DNA from: a virus
Direction: 5' to 3' (one strand)
IMG/VR virus record: IMGVR_UViG_3300027963_000041
Coordinates: 79,096 to 143,095 of that record
DNA: 64,000 bases
Below are positions 20,311-29,748 of the stretch, in pieces. A program made the position numbers and the translations under genes. Under the pieces are notes generated by a model. The model worked only from the letters and a program-made list of their open reading frames with translations. It had not been told where the DNA came from and did no database searches. Each line of letters begins with the position of its first letter. The stretch's first letter is position 1.

Positions 20311-22019
20311 TTTTATTTCGTAAACTTCGTTGGAAAAACTTACTTAGCACAGGCAATCTTTTTACCGAACTGAATCTAAACAATGAATCAACAACATTGA
20401 TTGTTGGTACAAACGGATCAGGTAAATCAACGATGCTTGATGCGCTATGCTTTTGCCTTTTCGGTAAGCCTTTTCGCAACATTAACAAATTACAACTTGT
20501 TAATTCAATTAACACAAAAGATACTGTAGTTGAAGTAGAGTTTGATATTGGTAGCAAGTCATACAAAGTGGTGCGTGGCATCAAGCCCAACCTGTTTGAA
20601 ATTTATTGTAATGGTAATCTGCTATCGCAAGATGCCGCAATCAAAGACTATCAAGAGTACCTTGAGAAGTTTATTCTCAAATTAAACTACAAATCATTTA
20701 CACAGATTGTGATTCTTGGTAGTGCATCATTCACTCCGTTCATGCAATTGTCTGCATCAGATCGTAGATCAATCATTGAAGACTTGCTTGACATTCAAAT
20801 CTTCTCGCGCATGAATGGCATTGTAAAAGACAAAGTGCAAATTGCTAAAGAGAATATCTCAGAAAAGAAACATGAGATTGGCTTGCTTGAACAAAAGTAC
20901 AATCTTAAAAAAGAATATGTTGATGAATTAAAACGAAACAACGAAGATAGGATTGCAGAATATGTTGAAGAGATACAGAGTAATCAGAGTGCTATACAAA
21001 CCCTTCATGAAGAAATATTTACCTTCACCGAGCAGGTTGAAGCCCTCAATGCCATTGTGGAAAATAAAATTGAAATTGAAAGTAAGGTCAAGAAACTTAC
21101 AAAACTTGAATCGCAAATTGAAAGCAATGTATCCAAATTTCGAAAGGATATACATTTCTTCGGGCACAATGACGATTGTCCAACCTGTAGGCAAGCCATT
21201 GCCGTGGAGTTTAAAGAAGCGCAACTTAGCGGTCTTACCACCAAAGCCGAAGAATGCAACACCGCTCTTGAACAACTCTTGACAAAACTTACTTCGGAAC
21301 AAAACAAGTTAGACAAAATTACAGAGACACAGAAAAAAATCAATACACTTCAAGTAAAGGTTGCATCTGACAACTCATCCATTACTGAGATGAACAAACA
21401 GATTACCAAGTTGAACAAACAGATTGAAGACATTCGTAATGCATCAACTGTATCTGATAAAGATGTGCAAGAATTAAACGCTATAAAAGAGCAGTTAAGT
21501 GAGATAAAGATTAATATAAACACCTTTATCGATGAGTTGAACTATTACAGTACTGCCGCGTTGATGCTAAAAGATACTGGTATTAAAACAAAAATTGTTA
21601 AGCAATATCTACCAGTTATCAATAAACTTGTCAACAAATATTTGACTACATTGGATTTCTTTGTGAACTTCAATTTGGATGAATCGTTCAAAGAAACTAT
21701 TAAGTCTCGCCACCGCGATGACTTTAGTTATGCATCATTCTCTGAGGGTGAGAAACAACGTATTGATATGGCATTGATGTTGACATGGCGTGCGGTTGCT
21801 AAATTGAAAAACTCTACCAATACAAACATTCTGATATTGGATGAAATTTTTGATTCGTCACTTGACACAAATGGTACAGAAGATTTGATGAAAATTCTTT
21901 CTATGCTTGAGAACACAAATCTCTTTGTGATTAGTCATAAAGGTGATATACTACAAGACAAGTTTAGAAATGTGATTCGATTTGAGAAGGTAAATAATTT
22001 TTCGAGGATTATAAAATGA
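20307..22019 (+). CDS. gp46: Recombination ATPase gp46 (Rad50/SbcC-like)
   Basis: GTNGSGKST, CPTC hook, FSEGEK, LILDE. Confidence 0.96.
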   Translation: MILFRKLRWKNLLSTGNLFTELNLNNESTTLIVGTNGSGKSTMLDALCFCLFGKPFRNINKLQLVNSINTKDTVVEVEFDIGSKSYKVVRGIKPNLFEIYCNGNLLSQDAAIKDYQEYLEKFILKLNYKSFTQIVILGSASFTPFMQLSASDRRSIIEDLLDIQIFSRMNGIVKDKVQIAKENISEKKHEIGLLEQKYNLKKEYVDELKRNNEDRIAEYVEEIQSNQSAIQTLHEEIFTFTEQVEALNAIVENKIEIESKVKKLTKLESQIESNVSKFRKDIHFFGHNDDCPTCRQAIAVEFKEAQLSGLTTKAEECNTALEQLLTKLTSEQNKLDKITETQKKINTLQVKVASDNSSITEMNKQITKLNKQIEDIRNASTVSDKDVQELNAIKEQLSEIKININTFIDELNYYSTAALMLKDTGIKTKIVKQYLPVINKLVNKYLTTLDFFVNFNLDESFKETIKSRHRDDFSYASFSEGEKQRIDMALMLTWRAVAKLKNSTNTNILILDEIFDSSLDTNGTEDLMKILSMLENTNLFVISHKGDILQDKFRNVIRFEKVNNFSRIIK

Positions 22020-22204
22020 AAACACTTAGTGAATATTATGGAACAGATATAGACAGAGAAGCGCATATCTACTTAGATGAGAATTTCTATAAAGTTAGAA
22101 TGCGAAATGAATTAGGATCTTGGTTTGTTGCATTCTTCAAAACGCAAGATGAAGCACAAAATTATGCAGAAAATTATGTATTAGGAGAAACACATGAACC
22201 TTGA
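22016..22204 (+). CDS. Hypothetical protein
   Basis: ATGA-coupled to gp46. Confidence 0.55.
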   Translation: MKTLSEYYGTDIDREAHIYLDENFYKVRMRNELGSWFVAFFKTQDEAQNYAENYVLGETHEP

Positions 22205-22709
22205 ATTTGTTCCAGAAAGTTCTTCGATGCTATTACAGCCATCGAAAGAGTTTGACTTTGCTAACCCACCTTTTGATCCAAAAGAGTTTGCAGAGAGCCT
22301 ATATAATACAATGGCTCGACATGACGGACTTGGATTGTCTGCTGTGCAAGTTGGACATCCATATCGCGTCTTTGCGATGCGTAATGATAAAGACCCAATC
22401 GTATTGTTCAATCCACGCATTGTGTTTCAGTCTGAAAACATTCTATCAATGAAAGAAGGATGCTTGAGTTTTCCATTATTGTTTTTGAGTGTGAAGCGAC
22501 CCGATTCAATTCGCATACGCTATCAGACATGGGAAAACACTACAGACACTTCTACTTTTATCGGTATGACTGCGCGAGTAGCATTACATGAATATGATCA
22601 CCTTGAGGGCAAATTGTTTACACAAGTTGCTTCATCTTTTGAAGTAGAACGATCAAAACGCAAACGAATGATTCTTCAGCGAAAAGTAAAGAGCGCCAAG
22701 AAGGGATAA
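22194..22709 (+). CDS. def: Peptide deformylase
   Basis: GLGLSAVQVG, EGCLS, HEYDHLEG motifs. Confidence 0.93.
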   Translation: MNLEFVPESSSMLLQPSKEFDFANPPFDPKEFAESLYNTMARHDGLGLSAVQVGHPYRVFAMRNDKDPIVLFNPRIVFQSENILSMKEGCLSFPLLFLSVKRPDSIRIRYQTWENTTDTSTFIGMTARVALHEYDHLEGKLFTQVASSFEVERSKRKRMILQRKVKSAKKG

Positions 22710-22712
22710 ACA

Positions 22713-22931
22713 ATGAAATATTGGACTATTATTTTTCCCGGAGAATTAGGTCAGCATGTACAAGAAACATGGTCAGAAGATCAAATTCTCAAATCATATT
22801 TTCCTCATTGGTGTAAGATGATGGTAGAAGCAGGCAAAGGAGATTTTGTCAACGAACAAGATTGCCTAAATGATTGGACTGTAGTGCATTGGGCAGAAGA
22901 AACAACTCAATTTGGAGAGAAGTTGAAATGA
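22713..22931 (+). CDS. Hypothetical protein
   Basis: 72-aa ORF tightly packed in the operon. Confidence 0.55.
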   Translation: MKYWTIIFPGELGQHVQETWSEDQILKSYFPHWCKMMVEAGKGDFVNEQDCLNDWTVVHWAEETTQFGEKLK

Positions 22932-24040
22932 AAGATTGGCAACATGGATTTGACATAGACTATCTCAAGGGTCTAGAAAAAAAGTACGAAGAGTACAATC
23001 GCTATACACTCTCGCCTTTTGCAAAGTATAAGAAAAATAACATTGCAGAGTCTTTGTTTAAAGGTACGCTAACAATTCTTGATGATGCAATGCTTGAAGT
23101 ATTTGAATCAAAGTCTGCATCTAACATTACCATGCACGGTGATACTGTTATCGCAAAGAAACAAAAAGGCGACATGACAGTAAGCAAGTTATCAGGAAAT
23201 TTGAGTACACTTAAAAAATGTCTTGAGCCTATAACAAATGTTTTTGGACTACCTTTAAAAGATGTTTGGCTCATTGTGTGGGCTGAGAATAAAGATCATT
23301 GCAAGTTAGCAGAAGAATCTGGTTTCTGTTACGTTGGTCCAAAGATTACAACATACGGCGAAGTGTATGCCATCTACTATCGTGGTAAGCAGAGAGATTT
23401 TCCTAAAGTTGATCGCGCTGAATATTTGTCAATCAAAAAAGTTGAGAATATCGATGCTAAATTGATTGAAGCAATTTACAATAAACTTACTGAGTTGCCT
23501 AGTTTTACGAATCACTATAGCAACTACAACAAAGGTAAGTCATGGGGTGCATTATCATTGCGTGGCTATACATTAGACCCATCGTTCATTACAAAACCAA
23601 TTGAAATGAATGATACTTGGATAGAAGAAAACAAAGGCCAAGTATTTTGCCTACAAGATACACCTTTGTTTGATTTGTTTCCTGAAGTGCGTGAATTGAT
23701 TCGCCCGTATGGTGAGACTGTTCACCGAGTGCGATTCATGAGATTGAAACCTAATGGGGGTGAACTTTCAAGACACACCGATCAAGTTGATCCAGATTCT
23801 GGTGGGTCATTAGGTAAGTTAGCAAGGTTGCATTTCCCAATCAAAACAAATTCAGATATGTTATATACTGTATGGAACACAAAAGGTGAACCAGAAAACA
23901 TACATATGAAAACGGGCGAGTGTTGGTTTCTTGATACACGCAAGCCTCACATGGCTGTCAATGGTGGAGATGAAGAACGTATCCATCTTGTCGTAGATAT
24001 TATTACCGAGAAAAAATTACATGATAAACTTGTCAACTGA
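22928..24040 (+). CDS. Fusion of a GNAT-like N-terminal domain and an Asp/Asn beta-hydroxylase-type 2OG-Fe(II) domain
   Basis: C-terminal RHTD...RLHFPI...DTRKPHMAVNGG..RIHLVVD; N-terminal VWLIVWAEN...AEESGFCYVG resembles GNAT motif B (weaker). Confidence 0.7.
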   Translation: MKDWQHGFDIDYLKGLEKKYEEYNRYTLSPFAKYKKNNIAESLFKGTLTILDDAMLEVFESKSASNITMHGDTVIAKKQKGDMTVSKLSGNLSTLKKCLEPITNVFGLPLKDVWLIVWAENKDHCKLAEESGFCYVGPKITTYGEVYAIYYRGKQRDFPKVDRAEYLSIKKVENIDAKLIEAIYNKLTELPSFTNHYSNYNKGKSWGALSLRGYTLDPSFITKPIEMNDTWIEENKGQVFCLQDTPLFDLFPEVRELIRPYGETVHRVRFMRLKPNGGELSRHTDQVDPDSGGSLGKLARLHFPIKTNSDMLYTVWNTKGEPENIHMKTGECWFLDTRKPHMAVNGGDEERIHLVVDIITEKKLHDKLVN

Positions 24041-24782
24041 TGAATTACTTGATACAATAAAGGGATGGGAAGACCCAAACCCACCGCCTATCATTGAAGA
24101 ATACAATGGCTTTCATGTTGTGCGCGATGATAAGTTAGGCTATGGTAGCAAAGCAAGATTCATTGATTATCTTATTGCAACTGAAGGTGACGAATGGGTT
24201 TTCGGTGGTGCAAACAAAGTGGGATGGGGACCAATTTCTCTAACACACGTTTGTAATAAATATGGAAAGAAAGCAACCTTCTTCATGGCTAAGCGCAAAG
24301 AGCCAACATGGCATCAACAGCAAGTCTTAGACATGGGCGGCACAATTCATTGGGTAGCAAATGGCATGTTAAATGTAACGAAAGCGAAAGCAAGAAACTA
24401 CTACGAAGAAGATACAAAGAGTCGTAGAGTCTTGCCACTTGGTCTTGAACATCCAACTGTGCTTGCATCAATCGTCAAAGTAGCACGAAACTTAAAAATC
24501 AAACCGACTGAAATTTGGACTGTAGCATCAAGCGGCACTCTCAACCGCGGGTTACAATTAGCATTTCCTACTGTTCCTGCTTATGCAGTAGAAGTAGGAC
24601 ACAAGATGAGTGATTATGAAAAAGGTCGTGCTATCACAATGCGTTCATCATATGCTTACGATCAGAAAGTAGAACCTGATCGAATGCCCCCATATCCTTC
24701 AGAACCATACTATGACGCGAAGTTATGGGATTTTGTAATTGCTAATGGAAAGAAAGGAGCATTAATCTGGAATGTAGCCTAG
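24021..24782 (+). CDS. PLP-dependent fold-type II enzyme (ACC deaminase/D-Cys desulfhydrase-like)
   Basis: VVRDD..GYGSKAR Schiff-base Lys region, VASSGTL phosphate loop, YDAKLW. Confidence 0.75.
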   Translation: MINLSTDELLDTIKGWEDPNPPPIIEEYNGFHVVRDDKLGYGSKARFIDYLIATEGDEWVFGGANKVGWGPISLTHVCNKYGKKATFFMAKRKEPTWHQQQVLDMGGTIHWVANGMLNVTKAKARNYYEEDTKSRRVLPLGLEHPTVLASIVKVARNLKIKPTEIWTVASSGTLNRGLQLAFPTVPAYAVEVGHKMSDYEKGRAITMRSSYAYDQKVEPDRMPPYPSEPYYDAKLWDFVIANGKKGALIWNVA

Positions 24783-24803
24783 TTTTCAATTAAGGAGAAA
24801 TTA

Positions 24804-25049
24804 ATGAGTAACGACAAAGACAAAGAGAAACATGGCAAGCGTATCATGAGAGATGAAAACGCTATTCGTAAACAGGTTAAAATTGCAAAAGTGTTTGGGT
24901 TACCAGTAACCGAAGCGCATCGATTTGCAAAACATCACGCCACAAATTGTGGTATCCCAGGTTGTGTGATGTGTGCAAATCCAAGAAAAACATTTAAAGA
25001 AAAAACAATTCAAGAAAAGAAATTTGAACAGAGAGAATTATATGACTAA
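24804..25049 (+). CDS. Small basic Cys-rich protein
   Basis: AAGGAG RBS; HHATNCGIPGCVMC. Confidence 0.65.
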   Translation: MSNDKDKEKHGKRIMRDENAIRKQVKIAKVFGLPVTEAHRFAKHHATNCGIPGCVMCANPRKTFKEKTIQEKKFEQRELYD

Positions 25050-25413
25050 ACTTAATGGATTGGTGCCAAAAGGTTGGGGTTCAGAGTTTATTTTTGCCAC
25101 CAACGATAAGTATTGTGGTAAATTTTTAAACTTTGAAACAGGCGCTAAATTTTCAATGCATTTCCATGCAGTCAAAGATGAAACATGGTATGTACAAAGT
25201 GGCAAATTTATTGTTCAGTACATTGATACTACTAACGCAGAAGTAAAAGACAAATATCTTGAGGTTGGTGATACATGGCATAACCCGCCATTGTTGCCTC
25301 ATCGCTTGATTTGTGTTGAAGAAGGTAGTATAATTGAAGTAAGTACACCTGATTCGGTGGAAGATAACTATAGGGTGATGGCAGGTGATAGTCAAAAAGA
25401 GAATATTCGTTAA
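25042..25413 (+). CDS. Cupin-fold protein (sugar isomerase-like)
   Basis: KGWGSE, SMHFH..KDETW, PH, EVST motifs. Confidence 0.8.
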   Translation: MTKLNGLVPKGWGSEFIFATNDKYCGKFLNFETGAKFSMHFHAVKDETWYVQSGKFIVQYIDTTNAEVKDKYLEVGDTWHNPPLLPHRLICVEEGSIIEVSTPDSVEDNYRVMAGDSQKENIR

Positions 25414-25792
25414 TGGTTCATTTGATGTTCTGCATCTTGGTCATCTACGGCTTCTAAATTTTGCAAGAAGCCTAGGTGATCATCTTTGCGTTGCAATAGA
25501 TACAGACAGACGAATTAAAGAACTGAAGGGCGAGAGTCGCCCTATAAATAATTTGTACGAACGAAAAACATTCTTAGCAAACTTAAAGTGTGTTGATGAA
25601 GTTTTAGTTTTTGATAGTGATATGGATTTAATTCACATCATGGAAGCATACAAGCCAGACATTATTGTTAAGGGTAGTGATCACAGAGAGACAAGTCAAC
25701 TCTCTAAAAAATATTGTAAAGAGGTTATATTTTATGAACGATTTGGTGAATACTCTTCAACAAGAAAAATACAAGATATTGCTAGTCGGTGA
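25385..25792 (+). CDS. Sugar-phosphate nucleotidyltransferase (HldE/RfaE domain II-like)
   Basis: NGSFDVLHLGH, KGESRPIN, KGSD, YSST. Confidence 0.85.
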   Translation: MIVKKRIFVNGSFDVLHLGHLRLLNFARSLGDHLCVAIDTDRRIKELKGESRPINNLYERKTFLANLKCVDEVLVFDSDMDLIHIMEAYKPDIIVKGSDHRETSQLSKKYCKEVIFYERFGEYSSTRKIQDIASR

Positions 25793-26504
25793 TGCTTGCA
25801 TTGATCGATACATCTACGGCACAGTAGAAAGAATCTCGCCTGAGGCGCCCGTTCCTGTTCTAAAGATGAATGGGAAAGAAGAGTTTCGGCCAGGTATGGC
25901 AAGCAATGTGTACGAGAATCTAAAAGCATTGTATTGTGACGTACAACAATTAAGTGGCATACCCTCTAAGAAAACAAGATTCGTTGATGTGAAGAGTGGC
26001 TATCAATTGCTACGGGTCGATGAAGATCATAAGAATGCACCAATCAGTTTTGCTACACTCATACCCAACTATGATGCGGTTGTAATTTCAGACTACAACA
26101 AAGGTAGCGTTACATATGAAACTGTGCGAGAAATTCAATCGATGTTTAGAGGACCAATCTTTATTGATACAAAGAAGCCAAGCATGATTGAGTTTGATGG
26201 TTGCTATGTAAAGATCAATGAATTAGAATGTAGTCTAGCGCAGACATTACCTAGTTCTAATTACTTGATTGTTACGAAAGGTGCAGAAGGCACTCAGTAC
26301 AATGGTAAGACATACCCAACAAAAAAAGTAGAAGTGCATGATGTAACTGGCGCAGGTGATGTTCATCTAGCCGCTCTTGCCGTGTTCTATTTGTTGACTG
26401 GTTCAATTGAAAATGCATTGCCTTACGCAAACAAACTAGCATCTATCTCTGTACAGCATCAAGGTTGTTATACAATCACAAACGAAGACTTGGTTACACT
26501 ATGA
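25734..26504 (+). CDS. PfkB-family sugar kinase (HldE/RfaE domain I-like)
   Basis: RISPEAPVPV, SDYNKG, DVTGAGD. Confidence 0.87.
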   Translation: MNDLVNTLQQEKYKILLVGDACIDRYIYGTVERISPEAPVPVLKMNGKEEFRPGMASNVYENLKALYCDVQQLSGIPSKKTRFVDVKSGYQLLRVDEDHKNAPISFATLIPNYDAVVISDYNKGSVTYETVREIQSMFRGPIFIDTKKPSMIEFDGCYVKINELECSLAQTLPSSNYLIVTKGAEGTQYNGKTYPTKKVEVHDVTGAGDVHLAALAVFYLLTGSIENALPYANKLASISVQHQGCYTITNEDLVTL

Positions 26505-26935
26505 TTAAAGAAAAGTACCTTGATACTTACATGAAGACTGCGAAATTATTCGCAGAGCATAGTAGTGCAGTTAGAAAAAAAGTTGGTGCTGTTGTTGTTA
26601 AGAATGACAGAATCATCTCTATCGGTTACAATGGTATGCCAAGTGGATGGGATAATGATTGTGAAAATTATTTTGGATTAGATTTAAGCGGTAATCCAAC
26701 ATTAGTAACAAAACCCGAAGTTCTACATGCAGAGTCTAATGCGATTGCCAAACTAGCAAAGTCTACTGAGAGTGGCGATGGTGCGAGTATGTTTATCACT
26801 TGCAGTCCATGCATAGATTGTGCTAAAATGATATATCAATCTGGCATTAAAGAAGTTTTTTATGGCGAAGAATATCGTAACAATGACGGCATTGATTTCC
26901 TAAATAAATGTGGGCTATCAGTAAGAAAATTATGA
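26501..26935 (+). CDS. cd: dCMP deaminase
   Basis: GYNG, HAESNAI, SPCIDC. Confidence 0.92.
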   Translation: MIKEKYLDTYMKTAKLFAEHSSAVRKKVGAVVVKNDRIISIGYNGMPSGWDNDCENYFGLDLSGNPTLVTKPEVLHAESNAIAKLAKSTESGDGASMFITCSPCIDCAKMIYQSGIKEVFYGEEYRNNDGIDFLNKCGLSVRKL

Positions 26936-27114
26936 AATACAAGTACGAAAAATTTGAAGACTATTTTGATGAGGTAGAAAATTATGCCACTAGAGGCGAA
27001 AGATTTTATGATGAGTTTTCCGATCCAATGAAAGTGGATCGTGCCATTCAATGGCTTGAAGCCGCGTTCAAGTGTGGGCGTGAAATGCAAAGTGAGAAAG
27101 AAATTAATGACTAA
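26932..27114 (+). CDS. Hypothetical protein
   Basis: ATGA-coupled small ORF. Confidence 0.5.
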   Translation: MKYKYEKFEDYFDEVENYATRGERFYDEFSDPMKVDRAIQWLEAAFKCGREMQSEKEIND

Positions 27115-28660
27115 ACATTTTTATGAACGAAACGATTGGTTGCTGAATCATGAGACAAACAAGTCGTTCGAAGAAATACAAAGGATGACTGATGATGAAT
27201 TCAGACAATGGTTTATTGACCTCCGTAAAGCGGTTGTCTATGCATGGGATACTCTTAATCAGCCTCCGCGGGTTGGTTGGGATGAGAACGAGATTCGAAA
27301 ACAGTTTAGGGAAATGTACGGATTTCCTGTTCACGGATTTGAACAAACAGACGAACTTACCGGAGAAAAAGACGTAATTCGAAACACTAGCGTAGTTGGC
27401 AATGCCGCGAATCAATGGTTTCCTACCATGATGAAGACACGCATTAACTATACTAAGAACGATGATGGTTTGTCTATCTACGATCACTTTGTTCGCGATG
27501 ATCTACTTGAGAAGACTTTAAAGTATGCGCGAAGACATTACAAGCGCGATTCATTCTATCACTACTCAAACACTATCAGAGTAGGCGAAGTAGTTGAGAT
27601 TGGTAGTCACCAAAAGAAATTTAAAACTGGTGATGAATTTGTTCAGTATTTTGAACAAACTAACTTGCGCGAGTATGGCTATGATTATTGGATAGAATCG
27701 CGTGATGATGAAGAAGAGTACACCGGTTATAATGAAGACTTGAAGAACGCCAAGTATCTAGAGATTGCAGACTTGTCTTTGTGTGCAGAGCATACTACAA
27801 AAAACATTCAATCGAAACAATCAAAGTATCGCATTCGTATGTACAAGATGGGTCAGAAGATTTTTCCTCTTGGCTTCAAAGCATTCCGAGTATCGTGGTG
27901 TCAATACGCAGTTAACTTTCCTCCACTCACAGCAAAGTACCTTTATGAAAAATTTACTAAACACATTAAAGACCAAGACAGAATTGTGGTTTACGATCCC
28001 TCTAGTGGTTGGGGTGGCCGTATTCTCGGCGCTATGTCTACTCGCCTTAGCACCCCTTTGCATTATGTTGGTACTGATCCTAATACTGACCATAGCATTG
28101 CCGGTGATTCTACTAAGTATGCCGATTTGGCTAATTTTTATAATGCCTCCAAAAACTCAGGAGTATTGTTCCAAAGCGCCAATACTTTCGACATATATCA
28201 ATTGGGTTCAGAAGTTATCGGATCCGATGAGCGATTTTATGCCTACAAAGATAAGTTAGATATGGTCTTTACTTCACCGCCATACTTTGCAAAAGAGGCG
28301 TATAGTGAAGACCCAACACAATCGTACAAAAAATTTACTGGTTATGATTCTTGGCGCGAAGGTTTTCTACGCCCAACATTGAAGACTGCTGTTGAGTGGT
28401 TACGCAATGATCGTTATCTGTTATGGAATATTGCAGATGCAAAGTTTGGCGCTGACATGCTACCACTTGAAAAAGATAGCCGAGACATTCTTGAAGAGTT
28501 AGGTATGGAGTACAGAGGCGTTTTGAAAATGTCACTTGCACAAATGCCAGGCGGCAATCGCATTGATTCTGATACTGGACTACCCAAAGCAAAAAACTTC
28601 TGCAAGGTCAACGGCATGTGGCTCAAGTATGAGCCGATTTTTGTGTTTTATAAGCCGTAA
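27107..28660 (+). CDS. Large SAM-dependent amino-methyltransferase-fold DNA modification enzyme
   Basis: Motif I YDPSSGWGGR, motif IV FTSPPY; ~290-aa N-terminal extension. Confidence 0.8.
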   Translation: MTKHFYERNDWLLNHETNKSFEEIQRMTDDEFRQWFIDLRKAVVYAWDTLNQPPRVGWDENEIRKQFREMYGFPVHGFEQTDELTGEKDVIRNTSVVGNAANQWFPTMMKTRINYTKNDDGLSIYDHFVRDDLLEKTLKYARRHYKRDSFYHYSNTIRVGEVVEIGSHQKKFKTGDEFVQYFEQTNLREYGYDYWIESRDDEEEYTGYNEDLKNAKYLEIADLSLCAEHTTKNIQSKQSKYRIRMYKMGQKIFPLGFKAFRVSWCQYAVNFPPLTAKYLYEKFTKHIKDQDRIVVYDPSSGWGGRILGAMSTRLSTPLHYVGTDPNTDHSIAGDSTKYADLANFYNASKNSGVLFQSANTFDIYQLGSEVIGSDERFYAYKDKLDMVFTSPPYFAKEAYSEDPTQSYKKFTGYDSWREGFLRPTLKTAVEWLRNDRYLLWNIADAKFGADMLPLEKDSRDILEELGMEYRGVLKMSLAQMPGGNRIDSDTGLPKAKNFCKVNGMWLKYEPIFVFYKP

Positions 28661-28672
28661 ACCAAAGTGTAC

Positions 28673-28700
28673 ACTACTGTATGCATGTACAGTAGTTTTT
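28673..28700 (+). terminator. Terminator-like hairpin closing the accessory operon
   Basis: ACTACTGTA-tgcatg-TACAGTAGT then TTTT. Confidence 0.6.
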
Positions 28701-28740
28701 ACCCCCAATCCGTTGTTTTTATGCAACAAACGGATATCGC

Positions 28741-28768
28741 TTGACCTGTTCTCCCATTGTGCTATACT
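28741..28768 (+). promoter_or_regulatory. Early sigma70-type promoter
   Basis: TTGACC-16-TATACT with extended TG. Confidence 0.7.
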
Positions 28769-28799
28769 AGAGTCTGTAGTGAGTGATATGGAGAATCTA

Positions 28800-29033
28800 A
28801 TGACTGATAAAGAGCAATTGATGTACGGAATGTCTACTGAAGACATTCGCGAAGAGTACATGGAATCCTTGACGGCTCGCCTGTCTGGACTTGAAATGGT
28901 TGTTGCTGGCATTCTTTCTGACTGCCAAGAACTTGGTGCTATGGGTCGCACCGAAGCCGTTCGCAAGCAATTGAATATTGCGAAATTTGTTTTGTTTGAA
29001 ATGATGGATGCCAAGCGTAAGGAGATTGCATAA
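28800..29033 (+). CDS. Hypothetical early protein
   Basis: GGAG RBS after the promoter. Confidence 0.65.
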   Translation: MTDKEQLMYGMSTEDIREEYMESLTARLSGLEMVVAGILSDCQELGAMGRTEAVRKQLNIAKFVLFEMMDAKRKEIA

Positions 29034-29698
29034 TGATCAAGTTTACTCGCACCACTGGTTATACACCAGAAGGTACCGCCATTAAGGTCACCGACACCCT
29101 CGGTGTTGGCACCACTCTTTACACCTATGCACAATCCGAACGGATAATGTCCGACATTTGGGAATGGGTCACCAGTGTTTACTATTGGGATCCAGCAACA
29201 GGTTCTATCAAGTCCATGTGGCTTGGCGAAGAAACCACATACACTATTGATTGTGACTTTGCTACAATTGCCGATGATGTTCGCAAGTCAATCTTTGACC
29301 GCAATTTTAAATACCAGTTGGGTATTGCAAGTGCCGAGGCTGAAGTTCCTACCAAAGGTCGCATGGTTCGAGTTGTGCGCGGTAGAACCGGCAAAGGTTC
29401 CGAAGGCAAGGTTGTTGTTTCGATTGAACGTCCCTACGGCATGGGCTATCATACCAGTTATGAAAACAAACTTGGCATTGCCCTTGATGATGAAATGACA
29501 ACCTATGTTGCCAAGAACGGAAAAACTTATCCTACCCATAAAAACATGATTTGGGTTTGGGCGCGTAATTGCGAAGTGATTGAACCTCAAGTTGATATTG
29601 AGGATGTTACTTATCGCGCAAATAGCGTGACGGATCGTGAAGTTGCAGGTTTACAACAAAAATGCAAATTCAAAGATGCTGAATTACTTGCCGCTTGA
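29033..29698 (+). CDS. Hypothetical early protein
   Basis: AAGGAG RBS, 221 aa. Confidence 0.7.
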   Translation: MIKFTRTTGYTPEGTAIKVTDTLGVGTTLYTYAQSERIMSDIWEWVTSVYYWDPATGSIKSMWLGEETTYTIDCDFATIADDVRKSIFDRNFKYQLGIASAEAEVPTKGRMVRVVRGRTGKGSEGKVVVSIERPYGMGYHTSYENKLGIALDDEMTTYVAKNGKTYPTHKNMIWVWARNCEVIEPQVDIEDVTYRANSVTDREVAGLQQKCKFKDAELLAA

Positions 29699-29723
29699 CA
29701 CAAAGTTAAAACCATGATAGAAT
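29695..29723 (+). promoter_or_regulatory. Early sigma70-type promoter
   Basis: TTGACA-17-TAGAAT. Confidence 0.8.
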
Positions 29724-29748
29724 ACATACATACTGAAAAAGGCACCGT

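Noticed and set aside
28536-28799. Long N-terminal extension of the 28536-29033 ORF and minus-strand ORF 28580-29134
   Set aside because: They span a terminator and promoter; the RBS supports a start at 28800
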